DNA of 64,000 nt from Oligoflexia bacterium (GCA_903831745.1 CAIKYX010000261.1:4685-68684), one strand, 5' to 3'. Positions 1 to 10,562 are shown, numbered from the stretch's first letter. Program-made: numbers and translations. The notes: a model not told the origin generated them from the letters alone.

Positions 1-1046
1 AGATTGACGGCTCGAGCCTAAACTCACTCGAAGCTCCTTACGAACTGGTTCGTACCATGCGTGCCTCCGTTCTCGTACTCGGACCTCTGCTCGCCAGAAA
101 TGGCGAAGCCCGCGTCAGCCTTCCCGGTGGTTGCGCGATTGGTGCCCGCCCTGTGAATTACCACCTCACCGCGTTTGAGCGCATGGGCGCAAAATTCGAT
201 ATCGAGGGCGGTTATATTCACGGCAAAGCACCCAATGGACTAAAAGGAGCCTTCGTGCGCCTTCCATTTCCGAGCGTCGGTGCCACCGAAAATACATTGA
301 TGGGTGCAGTTCTCGCCGATGGAGATACTTTGATTCAAAACGCAGCCCGCGAGCCAGAAATTGCAGATCTTGCACGAGCGCTTCGTTCGATGGGCGCGAA
401 AATCGAAGGTGAAGGCACGTCTAACATCCAGGTAAAAGGCGTCAGCGAACTCAAGGGCATGAACCACTCGGTTTCTCCCGACCGAGTCGAGGCTTTTACC
501 TTTCTCGCATCCGGACTCATTACTCGCGGAAAAGTAACAGTCGAAGGCATCGATGCAACTTATCTTCAGTCTGCACTCGAACTGCTCACTCAAGCCGGTG
601 CAAAAATTACGAACACACCCAATTCCGTCACCGCTGAATTCGTAAAAGATCTAACAAAGGTATCTTTCACAACCGAACCCTTTCCAGGATTTCCTACCGA
701 CATGCAAGCGCAGTTCATGGCGCTTCTTACCCAAGCGAAAGGTACGTCACACATTTCAGAAACCATTTTTGAAAATCGCTTCATGCACGTTCCTGAATTG
801 GTGCGTCTCGGAGCCAAGATTCAAATCAAAGGCAATCAAGCTACGGTCGAGGGCCCCACTCCGCTTTCGGGCGCGACCGTCATGGCAACCGATCTCCGTG
901 CAAGCGCATCGCTGATTATTGCGGGCCTTGCCGCCAAGGGAGATACCCTGCTTCGCCGAATTTATCACTTGGATCGCGGGTACGAGCAAATTGAACAAAA
1001 ACTCTCGCAGTTAGGCGCAAAAATCGTTCGGGAGCACGAAAAATGA
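1..1046 (+). CDS. murA: UDP-N-acetylglucosamine 1-carboxyvinyltransferase (5' truncated by window)
   Basis: Frame open from window start: [23 protein letters not shown] (catalytic Cys), [29 protein letters not shown]. Confidence 0.98.
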   Translation, partial: IDGSSLNSLEAPYELVRTMRASVLVLGPLLARNGEARVSLPGGCAIGARPVNYHLTAFERMGAKFDIEGGYIHGKAPNGLKGAFVRLPFPSVGATENTLMGAVLADGDTLIQNAAREPEIADLARALRSMGAKIEGEGTSNIQVKGVSELKGMNHSVSPDRVEAFTFLASGLITRGKVTVEGIDATYLQSALELLTQAGAKITNTPNSVTAEFVKDLTKVSFTTEPFPGFPTDMQAQFMALLTQAKGTSHISETIFENRFMHVPELVRLGAKIQIKGNQATVEGPTPLSGATVMATDLRASASLIIAGLAAKGDTLLRRIYHLDRGYEQIEQKLSQLGAKIVREHEK

Positions 1047-1711
1047 GTGAATTCAACATTACGAGCGACGAAATCGAATCGTACTGTAAAAATCACAGCA
1101 CCCCGCCTCATCCCGTGCAAGTCGATCTCACTCAAGCAACTCTTGCTTTTGCAGGCGAAGCTGCTCGAATGCAAGTCGGACATCTCGAAGGAAAGTTCCT
1201 GACTCTTCTCACCCGCTTGATGAACGCTAAAACCGTAGTCGAGTTCGGAACGTTTACTGGCTATAGCGCACTTGCTTTTGCCGAAGGCGTCACTTCCGAT
1301 GGCCGCGTAACCACTCTCGATCGAGATCCAAAAGCAACTTCATTTGCCCGCGAATATTGGAACCAATCTCCGTTTGGCTCGAAGATCGAACTCCTTTTGG
1401 GCGATGGCCACCAAACAGTAAATACTTTGGCAAACGAGATTGCATCAGGTGTTCGCCCTCAGTTTGACCTGGCATTTATCGATGCAGATAAAGCGGGATA
1501 CCCCATTTATTGGGAGGCTTGTCATAAACTAGTTCGCAAAGGTGGCGCGATTCTCGTCGATAACGTTCTTTGGTCGGGCGCCGTCTTGAATCCGTCTGAT
1601 CGTTCGGACTTCGTCATCGACCACTTCAACAAATTGGTCAAAACCGATGTACGTGTTGAAAAAATCATGCTCCCCATCCGGGATGGCATTTTCCTCGCTC
1701 AAATTATTTAG
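1043..1711 (+). CDS. SAM-dependent O-methyltransferase (caffeoyl-CoA OMT / Methyltransf_3 family)
   Basis: VEFGTFTGYS, FDLAFIDADK, GGAILVDNVLW, LPIRDG. ATGA overlap with the murA stop. Confidence 0.9.
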   Translation: MSEFNITSDEIESYCKNHSTPPHPVQVDLTQATLAFAGEAARMQVGHLEGKFLTLLTRLMNAKTVVEFGTFTGYSALAFAEGVTSDGRVTTLDRDPKATSFAREYWNQSPFGSKIELLLGDGHQTVNTLANEIASGVRPQFDLAFIDADKAGYPIYWEACHKLVRKGGAILVDNVLWSGAVLNPSDRSDFVIDHFNKLVKTDVRVEKIMLPIRDGIFLAQII

Positions 1712-1870
1712 GACAGAATGACCCGCCTCATCCTTAGAAGCACTGCAAAATAGCGGGTTTTTAAATCGCTTACCAAATGCTGTTCAGATTTTTCATGGCA
1801 CTTTGAGACTTTATTGCTTACAACTAAATAGGTTGAATTCAATTAAGCCACAAGGAAGAGAGTAATTGCC

Positions 1871-2629
1871 ATGAACATGACCAAGGGGATTTTGTTAACT
1901 TTATTTATTGCCGTTTTAGGACTGGGAGCAGGAGGTTGTAACTCACCTACTCCGCAGAAATTTTTTGAAAACCTCGATCTGAAAGTAACCACAGTAGGAA
2001 CGGAATCGTTTCTTTCATTGGTTTCTGTGATTGATCTTGGAAACGTAAGCCTGGCCGAACTCGGCGTAGACGTCTTGGATCCAAAGACCAAGGCTTCTGT
2101 GGGTAAAGTGGATTTTTCGATGCTGCCAAACGGTCAAGCGCAAATTACATTGAGTGTAAACGCGGCACTGATTGATCACGCTGACGCAACTCTCGGCTCT
2201 ACCCTTCCTAACGGAAATCCAGTGCCCCTCGCACTCGGCGCTACTCCGGGCACCATGCTTGCGGTTCCACTGCTGACAAACTCACGGGTTTACGTCGGCG
2301 GAGACCTGAAGAAGGCCGTTTATGCCGGTGTCGCCGTTGGGATTTCAGGACTCGACCAAGTCATGAACCAACTCGATACTCCAGCCAATCTTTTCTTGAT
2401 GGCTAATTTCGGAACGAACATTCTTGCGGTCGGCGGAATTTACGGAAGCACAATCAAGGATCAGAACGGGATTGCAGTATTCGGAAAATACACTGCAAAC
2501 AAAGACCTTTTGATGCCAAATGGCGACACCTCAGCTGAAGACTATCAAGTCGAGAAACTGAGCCGTAAGACGCTACGTAAAATGAATCGCTTCTTTTACG
2601 GACGTCCAAAACTGGTTTATCCAAACTAA
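1871..2629 (+). CDS. hypothetical lipoprotein
   Basis: 252-aa ORF, AGGAAG SD, hydrophobic signal ending LGAGG-C. No family recognised. Confidence 0.75.
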   Translation: MNMTKGILLTLFIAVLGLGAGGCNSPTPQKFFENLDLKVTTVGTESFLSLVSVIDLGNVSLAELGVDVLDPKTKASVGKVDFSMLPNGQAQITLSVNAALIDHADATLGSTLPNGNPVPLALGATPGTMLAVPLLTNSRVYVGGDLKKAVYAGVAVGISGLDQVMNQLDTPANLFLMANFGTNILAVGGIYGSTIKDQNGIAVFGKYTANKDLLMPNGDTSAEDYQVEKLSRKTLRKMNRFFYGRPKLVYPN

Positions 2630-3321
2630 ATCAGAGGACAGGTTCCGATCTGATCAAATAGTCGGAGCCAGGTGTTTCCAAAACGGGAGTGGCAGGAAAT
2701 TTTCACTTTTGTTCGTGGATGCACGAATTCAATACGATAGGATTTTAGAAAGAGCTTTGCCCCCGGGCAGAGCTCTTTCCATATGCGGTTATGCCTTCCA
2801 TCACCATAAACCGAATCGCCGATCAGCGGGTGGGACAAATGCTTGAAGTGCCGTCTGATCTGATGAAAGCGTCCGGTAATCGGGCTTACTTCCATCAGCG
2901 AGTAACGAGAAGTAGGGTGCTGACCCACCGACACCGGTATTTCAAAACGTGAGAGTGTAGAGTAGTGGGTGAGTGCGTCCTTTTCATCGAGTGGTGAATC
3001 GATGATCGAATCGTCTTCAAGCCAACCGCGTACCAAGGCCAGATAAGTTTTCTTGATCTCTTTTTTCTGAAAAAGCGACTGAAGGTCACGAGCCATCTCG
3101 GGGTCGAGTGCAAACAAGAGCACTCCACTCGTGGATCGATCTAACCTGTGAACGGGATAAACCCAGCGACCTAACTGGGCCTTCAAAATGCGCTGTGCAT
3201 TGTTTCTAAACAGAACTTCGCCCCGGGCACTCATAGCTTCAGGGGTATGAACCTGCACGCCAGCTGGCTTTTCAACCACCACCAAGGATTCATCCTGAAA
3301 TAAGACCCGCATTTTTTGCAT
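2626..3321 (-). CDS. truC: RluA-family pseudouridine synthase, TruC-like
   Basis: VVEKPAG, VHRLDRSTSGVLLFA (catalytic Asp), TGRFHQIRRHFKHLSHPLIGD, YGDGRHN. No S4 domain. Confidence 0.85.
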   Translation of the reverse strand: MQKMRVLFQDESLVVVEKPAGVQVHTPEAMSARGEVLFRNNAQRILKAQLGRWVYPVHRLDRSTSGVLLFALDPEMARDLQSLFQKKEIKKTYLALVRGWLEDDSIIDSPLDEKDALTHYSTLSRFEIPVSVGQHPTSRYSLMEVSPITGRFHQIRRHFKHLSHPLIGDSVYGDGRHNRIWKELCPGAKLFLKSYRIEFVHPRTKVKISCHSRFGNTWLRLFDQIGTCPLI

Positions 3322-3339
3322 AAATTAAACTAAATTAGC

Positions 3340-3370
3340 TGTGCACGATTGTGCACAGTTGGGTGTGCAC
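3340..3370. promoter_or_regulatory. triple TGTGCAC motif, candidate enhancer (bEBP binding sites) for the lpxC sigma54 promoter
   Basis: TGTGCAC-gatt-GTGCACA perfect palindrome (3340-3357) plus a third TGTGCAC ending at 3370, 110-140 bp upstream of the -24 element. Confidence 0.55.
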
Positions 3371-3480
3371 GCTCAGCCACAATCCCTTAAGAATTCATAT
3401 ACTAAGCACAACGCAATGCACAACTGCCGCGTAAGGGTACGTTATTAAAAGTCTTTTATTTTAACCAGAACAACGCATCA

Positions 3481-3496
3481 TGGCACACTGGTTGCT
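3481..3496 (+). promoter_or_regulatory. sigma54 (-24/-12) promoter of lpxC
   Basis: TGGCAC-ACTGG-TTGCT matches TGGCAC-N5-TTGCW exactly (GG-N10-GC), 24 nt before the lpxC ATG. Confidence 0.8.
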
Positions 3497-3520
3497 TATT
3501 ATAGTGCGAGAGGTCTAAGG

Positions 3521-4477
3521 ATGAGACACATGGAATCAAAAAATAATACCACGCAAAGCACGATTCGACGGGATGTTCGAATTTCAGGGATTGGTTTGCA
3601 CTCTGGCAAAGAAGCTTCAATTACCATCAAGCCAGCCCTCCCGAACAGCGGCATTTTGTTCATTAGAAAAGACCTCGAGAATCCAATCGCGATTCCGGCA
3701 CTCCTTGAGTTTGTGACTCAAACCCGCCTGGCGACCACCCTGGGCCGCAATCAAGCACATATTTCTACTGTAGAGCATCTTCTTTCAGCGTTTAAACTGG
3801 TCGGCGTAGACAACGCTGTCGTTGAAGTCGAAGGACCAGAAGTTCCAATCATGGACGGCTCTGCCGCTCCGTTTTGTGATGCTTTAATGGAAGCCGGTAT
3901 TTACGATCTCGGCGTTGCCAAAAAGGTAGCTGTTTTAAAACGCAGAGTGGAAGTTCACAAAGGCGATAAATCAGCCATCGTCGAACCTTCTCGTCAGTTT
4001 AAGATCAATGCCCGTATCGAGTGGAATCACCCTGCGATTGGCGAGCAAGAACTGACTTTCGTACTCGGACAGTCCGACATTCGTGAAATTTCTCATGCCC
4101 GCACCTTCGGTTTTTTAAAGGACGTCGAAGCCCTTCATCGCATGGGCCTTGCTTGTGGTGGCTCACTCGATAACGCCGTGGTCATGGACGAGCAAAAAGT
4201 ATTGAACCCAACAGGTCTTCGCCATACCGACGAATTCGTTCGTCATAAAGTTCTGGATGCAATTGGTGACTTCGCACTGGCTCCACTGGCATTTCTCGGT
4301 GACGTTACTTTGGTAAAAGCCGGCCACGAATTACACGCCGAACTCGTTCAAGCGATTTTCTCGGATCCAGAAAACTATGAGATCAGAACCATGGACGAAG
4401 TTGCAGCTCACAAAGAGTCTGCCGCCTATGTTCTCAGCCCGGCATGGCTTGCCGGAACCCTTCAAGGAATTTACTAG
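3521..4477 (+). CDS. lpxC: UDP-3-O-acyl-N-acetylglucosamine deacetylase
   Basis: GIGLHSG, STVEHLLSA, EVPIMDGSA, ARTFGF, GGSLDNA, RHKVLDAIGD, KAGH. Start may be 3530. Confidence 0.97.
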   Translation: MRHMESKNNTTQSTIRRDVRISGIGLHSGKEASITIKPALPNSGILFIRKDLENPIAIPALLEFVTQTRLATTLGRNQAHISTVEHLLSAFKLVGVDNAVVEVEGPEVPIMDGSAAPFCDALMEAGIYDLGVAKKVAVLKRRVEVHKGDKSAIVEPSRQFKINARIEWNHPAIGEQELTFVLGQSDIREISHARTFGFLKDVEALHRMGLACGGSLDNAVVMDEQKVLNPTGLRHTDEFVRHKVLDAIGDFALAPLAFLGDVTLVKAGHELHAELVQAIFSDPENYEIRTMDEVAAHKESAAYVLSPAWLAGTLQGIY

Positions 4478-4527
4478 TAGTTTGCTGAAGACGAAGCAGT
4501 TTAAGCCCAATCTTCAGCCGTTTTTCT

Positions 4528-5163
4528 ATGAATAAAAGAAGAATTCTCTGCTTTGGCGACTCAAACACTTGGGGCTATGTTCCGAGAACTGACGATATTG
4601 AAGAAAGATATCCCTCTGGCGTGCGCTGGACGGGACGCCTTCAACTCTTGGGCGGCAATGAAATTGAAATTATCGAAGAAGGATTAAACAGCCGAACCAC
4701 GGCGATAGAAAATCCGGACCGCCCCGGACGAAATGGTCTTCAGTACCTGGGTCCCTGCCTCGAGTCACAAAACCCAATTGATCTCGTCATCCTAATGCTG
4801 GGTACGAACGATATTGTTCCAAAATACCATTCAAGTGCCGAACAAATTCTAGAACGAATCAAACTCCTCGTGCAAAAGATTCAGGAGCTCGGACAAACCC
4901 AAGCGCATACTCCCTGCAAGATTCTTTTGGTTGCGCCCCCGGAGCCGCTTTTCGAGTTTGCTTATGAAAAGTTTCGAGATCCTGATCTCGTGACGAAACT
5001 CAGAACCCTTTCGGCACTCATGAAAGACTTTGCGCTTCAGGAAAATATTCCATTCCTCAACCTTGCAAATGAAATTCAATCGAGCGAAGTCGATGGCGTG
5101 CACTTAAGTTCAGAGATGCATGAAAAACTGGCCCATTTGATCTGGAAGAAAATATCGCCCTAA
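4528..5163 (+). CDS. SGNH/GDSL-family hydrolase
   Basis: FGDSNTWG block I, EEGLNSRT, MLGTND, DGVH. Confidence 0.92.
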   Translation: MNKRRILCFGDSNTWGYVPRTDDIEERYPSGVRWTGRLQLLGGNEIEIIEEGLNSRTTAIENPDRPGRNGLQYLGPCLESQNPIDLVILMLGTNDIVPKYHSSAEQILERIKLLVQKIQELGQTQAHTPCKILLVAPPEPLFEFAYEKFRDPDLVTKLRTLSALMKDFALQENIPFLNLANEIQSSEVDGVHLSSEMHEKLAHLIWKKISP

Positions 5164-5201
5164 AAATCTCCACCCTCATTGATTAAAGGGCTGATTTGCT
5201 T

Positions 5202-5972
5202 CTAATGAACTTGCGACTCTTCTCGGACGGCAAGTTGAACATACTCATCCAGATGACCAAAAATTCGAGCTACCGCTTGAGCACTATACGCATTCATATG
5301 GGTTTCGAGATAATTCAATTCGGAATTGATCACTTCGGTGGCCTTCAGAAGTTGATACCTGGTTTTTAGTGAAGAAACTTTCGAAGAGACCACGAGCAGT
5401 TCTTCTTTAGCCGATATCAAATGACTTTTGACATCACTTCGCCACCACCTGCCACCCTGGGCGGCCTCTGAACCGACGCTTTCAATCTGGGTGACGAGAT
5501 CATAAAGAAGTTTCATTCTGGCAAATGGCGAAAGTTCGGTGTTGATGATTACACTTTGCATGGCCGCAAGCTCTGCCTGAATTGCGTTTTCGATTGCAAT
5601 CTGAAGCTTCGAGAATAGGTTCACTACCGCAACCGAGCCATAAGCACTATTCTGATTCGAACTTTGAAGTTCTTTATTCAGCATCTCTAGCGCTCGATTC
5701 AACTCTTTTTCGGCAAATTGAACCGACACCGTCTTGGATGCGGATACCAGAAAAACTTTCAAATCGGTGAGCTTGGTTCTTAACGCCGACGAACGCCAGG
5801 ATGATCCGCCTTCTGCCAGTCGAATTACGCCTTCGATTTTTGCCGATGGCGTAAAAACCACCACCATCTTTTGAGAAGAAGCTGCATTGCAAAACTCAGC
5901 GATATTATCTGCACGAACAGACAAACCAAACAAGAGCACGCCTAGCACGCCAATCAACATCGAAAGTTTCAT
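5202..5972 (-). CDS. secreted hypothetical protein with two tandem helical repeats
   Basis: Signal peptide MKLSMLIGVLGVLLFGLSVRA. Internal duplication (GGSSWRS / GGRWWRS; SAYGSVAV / NAYSAQAV). ATG 5972 preferred over TTG 5984. Confidence 0.75.
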   Translation of the reverse strand: MKLSMLIGVLGVLLFGLSVRADNIAEFCNAASSQKMVVVFTPSAKIEGVIRLAEGGSSWRSSALRTKLTDLKVFLVSASKTVSVQFAEKELNRALEMLNKELQSSNQNSAYGSVAVVNLFSKLQIAIENAIQAELAAMQSVIINTELSPFARMKLLYDLVTQIESVGSEAAQGGRWWRSDVKSHLISAKEELLVVSSKVSSLKTRYQLLKATEVINSELNYLETHMNAYSAQAVARIFGHLDEYVQLAVREESQVH

Positions 5973-6038
5973 TTGAAACGACAATGGCAGACCGAATAAT
6001 TTTAGTCAATAAAGCGGCCAAAATACAGCCTTTTTCGT

Positions 6039-7046
6039 TTAGAACAGTACCTGCACTCCAAGTGACTGCCGATCCACCACATAGTTGTTCAAATATTCGA
6101 TCGAAAATTTCGGCGTGACTAGGAATTCGGCACCATAATGATATTCCAAATGATGGATCTGATAAACATCATCATAACTGCGGATTGCACCACTGAACAT
6201 GAATCTTCCCACCGTGCTCGAAAGAGTCACAAACGCTGCATAACGACTTGTATGGCCCGTGGATTGGTAATGATAGCTTCCTGTGGTTTGTTGTACTGAA
6301 CTATAGGTGGGTACCGTCTGATATTGAATGACCACACCCTCGACTTGAAAGATCGGAGTTTTTAAACCGAGAGTCACCGTACTATAGGTTACTTTTGGCG
6401 AACTCCCATAGGCGGGATCAGTAGTGTAACTATATCCCGCTGAAAACTTCCAGACTTCGAAACCAATTCCAAACCCCGGAGTGAAGCCGCCCGTGTTTTT
6501 ATTATATTTCATCATCACGCCTAGCGAACTGGCGAGATCAAAGATCGACCTGAGCTTATCCTTGAAAAAGCTTGAAAGATCGACAGCAGAACCCAAATTC
6601 AGGGTTGGAAAAAGCGAACGATCGAAGGCGTTCGCGCCGGATTGTGTTGCCCCAGCAACACTCGAAGTCGAAGCACTGCCTGGGGTTTGAAACACGCTGC
6701 TTCCGTAAAAAGTTTCATCGCTATTGGTCGTAAGGGCGGTACCCACATGACCGAATCCCTTAATGAATGCAAATGAACTCTTACGATCGGTTCCGTTCAG
6801 GCTACCAATGTATTCGACCCCAAGCGGTACCTTGCCTGTCGGAATGGCGGCCGGATTCAGGTTAAACGCGTCACCTATCGAGGAATAGGCTCCACCGATC
6901 TTCGATTTCAGCTTTCCTTCTGATGTACAGTATTCCGAAAACCATGTGGGAAGGGGCGCCGAGTTTTTATACTCTTCACAAAGATCTTTGGCTTGAGCAT
7001 ACGGAAAGCAAATAAACAGAAGGGCCAAACTCATCCACGGGCGCAT
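6039..7046 (-). CDS. putative outer-membrane beta-barrel protein
   Basis: Signal peptide, AFNLNPAAI motif, alternating aromatic/hydrophobic strands, C-terminal Phe (LGVQVLF). Confidence 0.7.
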   Translation of the reverse strand: MRPWMSLALLFICFPYAQAKDLCEEYKNSAPLPTWFSEYCTSEGKLKSKIGGAYSSIGDAFNLNPAAIPTGKVPLGVEYIGSLNGTDRKSSFAFIKGFGHVGTALTTNSDETFYGSSVFQTPGSASTSSVAGATQSGANAFDRSLFPTLNLGSAVDLSSFFKDKLRSIFDLASSLGVMMKYNKNTGGFTPGFGIGFEVWKFSAGYSYTTDPAYGSSPKVTYSTVTLGLKTPIFQVEGVVIQYQTVPTYSSVQQTTGSYHYQSTGHTSRYAAFVTLSSTVGRFMFSGAIRSYDDVYQIHHLEYHYGAEFLVTPKFSIEYLNNYVVDRQSLGVQVLF

Positions 7047-7118
7047 TTAATAAATTTAAACCAGGCTAACTATTCCGGGCACTCGGTATTTCTTGCCTGC
7101 CTTAAAAACGAGGCGATT

Positions 7119-7147
7119 TTGACATTTCAGCACCCAAGCCCTATACT
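7119..7147 (+). promoter_or_regulatory. sigma70 promoter of queF
   Basis: TTGACA-N17-TATACT ending 29 nt before the ATG. Confidence 0.75.
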
Positions 7148-7176
7148 TACACACAATTAATAGATGAAGGGGCCCC

Positions 7177-7692
7177 ATGAAAAAGAAGAAATCAAAATCA
7201 AAAAACGATCTCGCCGGCATCTCCCTGCTCGGAAATGGTGCGACCGAATATCCAGAGACTTATGCCCCCGAAATACTTGAAGCATTCGAAAACAAAAACC
7301 CCGATCAGGACGCTTGGACCAGCTTTATCTGCACAGAATTTACATCACTTTGCCCAAAAACCGGGCAACCTGATTTTGCGAAAATCTTTATCAATTATAT
7401 TGCCGACAAAAAGATGGTCGAATCCAAATCGCTTAAGATTTATCTCTTCAGCTTTCGAAACCACGGCGACTTTCACGAAGACTGCGTTCAGAAGATCTGC
7501 AAAGACCTCTTTAAACTCATGAAGCCAAAATATATCGAAGTAATCGGTGAATTCACACCTCGCGGTGGCATCGCCATTTTTCCGTACGTAGCCATGTCGA
7601 ATGGACAAAAGAAATACGATGCCATCAAAGATCAGCGCGAAATGAATTACTCGCCCGGAAAATACGGAATGGACCTGGCAAAATTATACTAA
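7177..7692 (+). CDS. queF: preQ0 reductase, short (Bacillus-type) QueF
   Basis: [40 protein letters not shown]. Confidence 0.97.
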   Translation: MKKKKSKSKNDLAGISLLGNGATEYPETYAPEILEAFENKNPDQDAWTSFICTEFTSLCPKTGQPDFAKIFINYIADKKMVESKSLKIYLFSFRNHGDFHEDCVQKICKDLFKLMKPKYIEVIGEFTPRGGIAIFPYVAMSNGQKKYDAIKDQREMNYSPGKYGMDLAKLY

Positions 7693-8774
7693 TGGACCTT
7701 GATTTCCTTGATCTTGTCCCAACGAATTTGATCACCACAGAGCGTACCGAACTTAACATGAGTTGGAACGAGCCCCGCCTGGGATTGAGAAATCGTCATC
7801 ACCACATGGGTACCAGGCGAACAACCATTCTTTGAATTCATCTGCACATTCGAATTTACAGCCGATAAGTCGGCCATAATAAAGTGGCCACTATTCGGAT
7901 CGCTTAAGAGATAAAGCGCATGATCATCTGAAGCGAACTTACTGATCACTGGGGTACTTTCACTTACCGAGCCCCCGAATAAACTCATTGAATAATACTT
8001 AAGCGGCAAATCCGGTTTGGGTTGCGAGCCCAGCGCGCCGACCATTACATTTTTCTCGTAGCTGGTAAGCGTATTGAATAACACGGTTCTGAATTTTGAT
8101 TTAAATTCGCCGCCAGATGAGAGTTTACTGGCAACTTTTTCGGCGCTTTCGATAAAGGGACTTTTCGTAAACACGAAATCTCGATCCGGCGCAAGCTTAT
8201 GGCACGCATGACAAGTCACTGCAATTTGGTGATCCTCGGAAGATTCAGGTGGAGTGCCGATCGAAAGCACCACGGCGTATCCCCATCCATCGGTATCGGG
8301 ATAGCGCTTGGCGTTTTTTTCCATGATTTGCATGCGGCCAAATGAATTGGGCTCGAGACTGACCGGAAACTCCGGGTCAGCCTGGGTATGAAACCCGAGT
8401 TTCGCAAAAATCGCACCATCTGGGTATTTACTTGCTCCACTTGCCATGGCTTTAACAGCAATGTCATTTGCGTAGACAAAACGCTGCTCGCCATTATCCG
8501 TACGATAACGAACGTTCAAAAGTTTCCATTTCGTCCAAAACTGATCGGATTTCGAAATCTTCATTCCGTCCCGGTCGCGAATATCTTTTAGACTTGGAAT
8601 CGGAAAGTGCGGCACCACTTGCTTTAGAGGTGCAGGGGTCGGTGCGCTATTGGCTGCGTTTTCAGCAACCTCTTGTTGATGGCGCTTGTACCAAAGGGGG
8701 GCGCCCACCAACACAACGACAATGAGCAGTACTGCTGATTGTTTCGAAAAAATCCACTGTTTGGTGGTGATCAT
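7689..8774 (-). CDS. membrane-anchored cytochrome P460-family protein with extra C-terminal domain
   Basis: N-terminal [23 protein letters not shown] heme motif followed by DFVF, about 150-aa extension. Confidence 0.8.
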   Translation of the reverse strand: MITTKQWIFSKQSAVLLIVVVLVGAPLWYKRHQQEVAENAANSAPTPAPLKQVVPHFPIPSLKDIRDRDGMKISKSDQFWTKWKLLNVRYRTDNGEQRFVYANDIAVKAMASGASKYPDGAIFAKLGFHTQADPEFPVSLEPNSFGRMQIMEKNAKRYPDTDGWGYAVVLSIGTPPESSEDHQIAVTCHACHKLAPDRDFVFTKSPFIESAEKVASKLSSGGEFKSKFRTVLFNTLTSYEKNVMVGALGSQPKPDLPLKYYSMSLFGGSVSESTPVISKFASDDHALYLLSDPNSGHFIMADLSAVNSNVQMNSKNGCSPGTHVVMTISQSQAGLVPTHVKFGTLCGDQIRWDKIKEIKVH

Positions 8775-8814
8775 ACAAACAGTGTACCGCGAAACCAGCG
8801 ACTGAAAACCCTTT

Positions 8815-10206
8815 TTAGACCATATTTTCGGGACGGACCCACTGATCGAACTGCTCGGCCGTCAAAAGCTTGAGATCGAGCGCCGCCTGCTTAAGGGTTG
8901 TTCCTTCCTTGTGGGCTTTTTTGGCGATCTTCGCCGCATTATCGTATCCAATATGCGGATTCAGCGCCGTAACCAGCATCAAGGACTCATTCAGGTGTTC
9001 CTGAATCTTCGAAAGATTAGGTTCGATTCCGACAGCGCAAAATTCATTGAAATTATTCATGCCGTCCGAAAGTAATCGAACAGACTGAAGAAAATTATGA
9101 ATCATGAGCGGCTTATACACATTGAGCTCGAAATTTCCGGAAGCACCGCCCAAATTAATCGCCACATCATTGCCCATGATCTGCGCACAAAGCATAGTCA
9201 TCGCTTCACACTGAGTGGGATTTACCTTACCCGGCATGATTGACGAACCCGGCTCGTTTTCAGGAATGGTAATCTCACCGAAACCACATCTTGGGCCAGA
9301 CGCCAGCCACCGAATGTCATTTGCGATCTTGAACAATGAGGCTGCAATACCCTTAAGTACGCCATGCATGTGCACGAGAGCATCATTTGCGGCGAGTGCC
9401 TCGAATTTATTGGGTGCACTGACAAACTTAAGTTGGGTTTCGCTCGCAATGCGGGCTGCAACTTTTTCGCCAAAACCAGGCTTTGCATTCAGGCCTGTAC
9501 CCACAGCCGTGCCGCCCAAGGCAAGTTCATGCAAGTGAGGCAGTGCCGAATCGATATGTTTCAGCGAATGCTCGAGTTGCGCGACATATCCTGAAAACTC
9601 TTGTCCGAGCGTCAGTGGGGTTGCATCCATCAAATGCGTTCGTCCGATCTTTACGATTTTAGCGAATGACTTTGCTTTAGCATCCAAGGTGCCTTTTAAA
9701 GTTTTTACTGCAGGAATCAGGTTTTTTACCACCGCTTGGGCCGCAGCAATGCTCATGGCCGTCGGAAACACATCGTTTGAACTTTGCCCACGGTTGACAT
9801 CATCATTCGGATGAACTCGTCTCGCCTCGCCCCGTTCGCCCCCCATGATCTCGCTTGCACGGTTTGCAAGGACCTCGTTGACGTTCATATTGGTTTGGGT
9901 ACCGCTACCGGTCTGCCAAATCGAAAGCGGAAATTCATTCGGGTGTTTGCCAGCCAGGACTTCGTCAGCGGCACTGACAATGGCATTCATTTTAGTGGGC
10001 TCGAGACCTGCAATCTCGGCATTGACCTGGGCTGCGGCTTTTTTCACCAGAGCCAGCGAGTGAATTAAAAGCGTAGGCATTTTCTCGGTCGAAATAGAAA
10101 AGTGATGAAGGGATCGTTGAGTTTGGGCACCCCAAAGCTGATGACTTGGAACTTCAATAGGGCCAAAGGTATCTTTTTCAATACGTGTAGGAGTTGAATG
10201 TTTCAT
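8815..10206 (-). CDS. fumC: class II fumarate hydratase
   Basis: [44 protein letters not shown]. Start taken at MKHS. Confidence 0.97.
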   Translation of the reverse strand: MKHSTPTRIEKDTFGPIEVPSHQLWGAQTQRSLHHFSISTEKMPTLLIHSLALVKKAAAQVNAEIAGLEPTKMNAIVSAADEVLAGKHPNEFPLSIWQTGSGTQTNMNVNEVLANRASEIMGGERGEARRVHPNDDVNRGQSSNDVFPTAMSIAAAQAVVKNLIPAVKTLKGTLDAKAKSFAKIVKIGRTHLMDATPLTLGQEFSGYVAQLEHSLKHIDSALPHLHELALGGTAVGTGLNAKPGFGEKVAARIASETQLKFVSAPNKFEALAANDALVHMHGVLKGIAASLFKIANDIRWLASGPRCGFGEITIPENEPGSSIMPGKVNPTQCEAMTMLCAQIMGNDVAINLGGASGNFELNVYKPLMIHNFLQSVRLLSDGMNNFNEFCAVGIEPNLSKIQEHLNESLMLVTALNPHIGYDNAAKIAKKAHKEGTTLKQAALDLKLLTAEQFDQWVRPENMV

Positions 10207-10252
10207 AGACTTATTTTTTCGCACAGCTTGCGAAGAGTGGCGAGCCTAAAAA

Positions 10253-10474
10253 TCAGCTTAAAAGATTTGAACTGTAGAAATAAGCCGCGGCTTCGCCCCG
10301 CGCGCGATTGGACAGGTGCATCACTGCGGCCTTTTCTGCGGGATCCCATTCGACAGTAATGGTTTCAGGCTTACCGATTTTAAGCGAAGACGAAGCAGCC
10401 TTTTCGGTAGAATTCTTAGTTCCATCGTGTTCGAACGACTCTTGTTTTCCAAAATTGGCAAAATATGTACTCAT
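10253..10474 (-). CDS. small hypothetical protein (73 aa)
   Basis: ATG 10474 with GAGG SD. Fills the gap between fumC and the peptidase-like gene on the same strand. Confidence 0.45.
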   Translation of the reverse strand: MSTYFANFGKQESFEHDGTKNSTEKAASSSLKIGKPETITVEWDPAEKAAVMHLSNRARGEAAAYFYSSNLLS

Positions 10475-10562
10475 AGCTGAACCTCGAGAAACCATTGTTC
10501 TCCGGCCCGACTCTATCACACAGGTATTATTTAAACAAATAATATTCAATATTGAAGAATGC

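Noticed and set aside
1796-1817. TGGCAC...TTGCT upstream of the 1871 lipoprotein as a sigma54 promoter
   Set aside because: The spacing between GG and GC is well over the required 10 nt.
4484-4526. GCTGAAGA/TCTTCAGC inverted repeat after lpxC (and ACCCGC/GCGGGT at 1721-1758) as terminators
   Set aside because: Loops of 19 and 26 nt are too large for a confident intrinsic terminator call.
7148-7176. preQ1 riboswitch upstream of queF
   Set aside because: The leader after the predicted promoter is only about 23 nt and lacks the preQ1 stem and A-rich tail.
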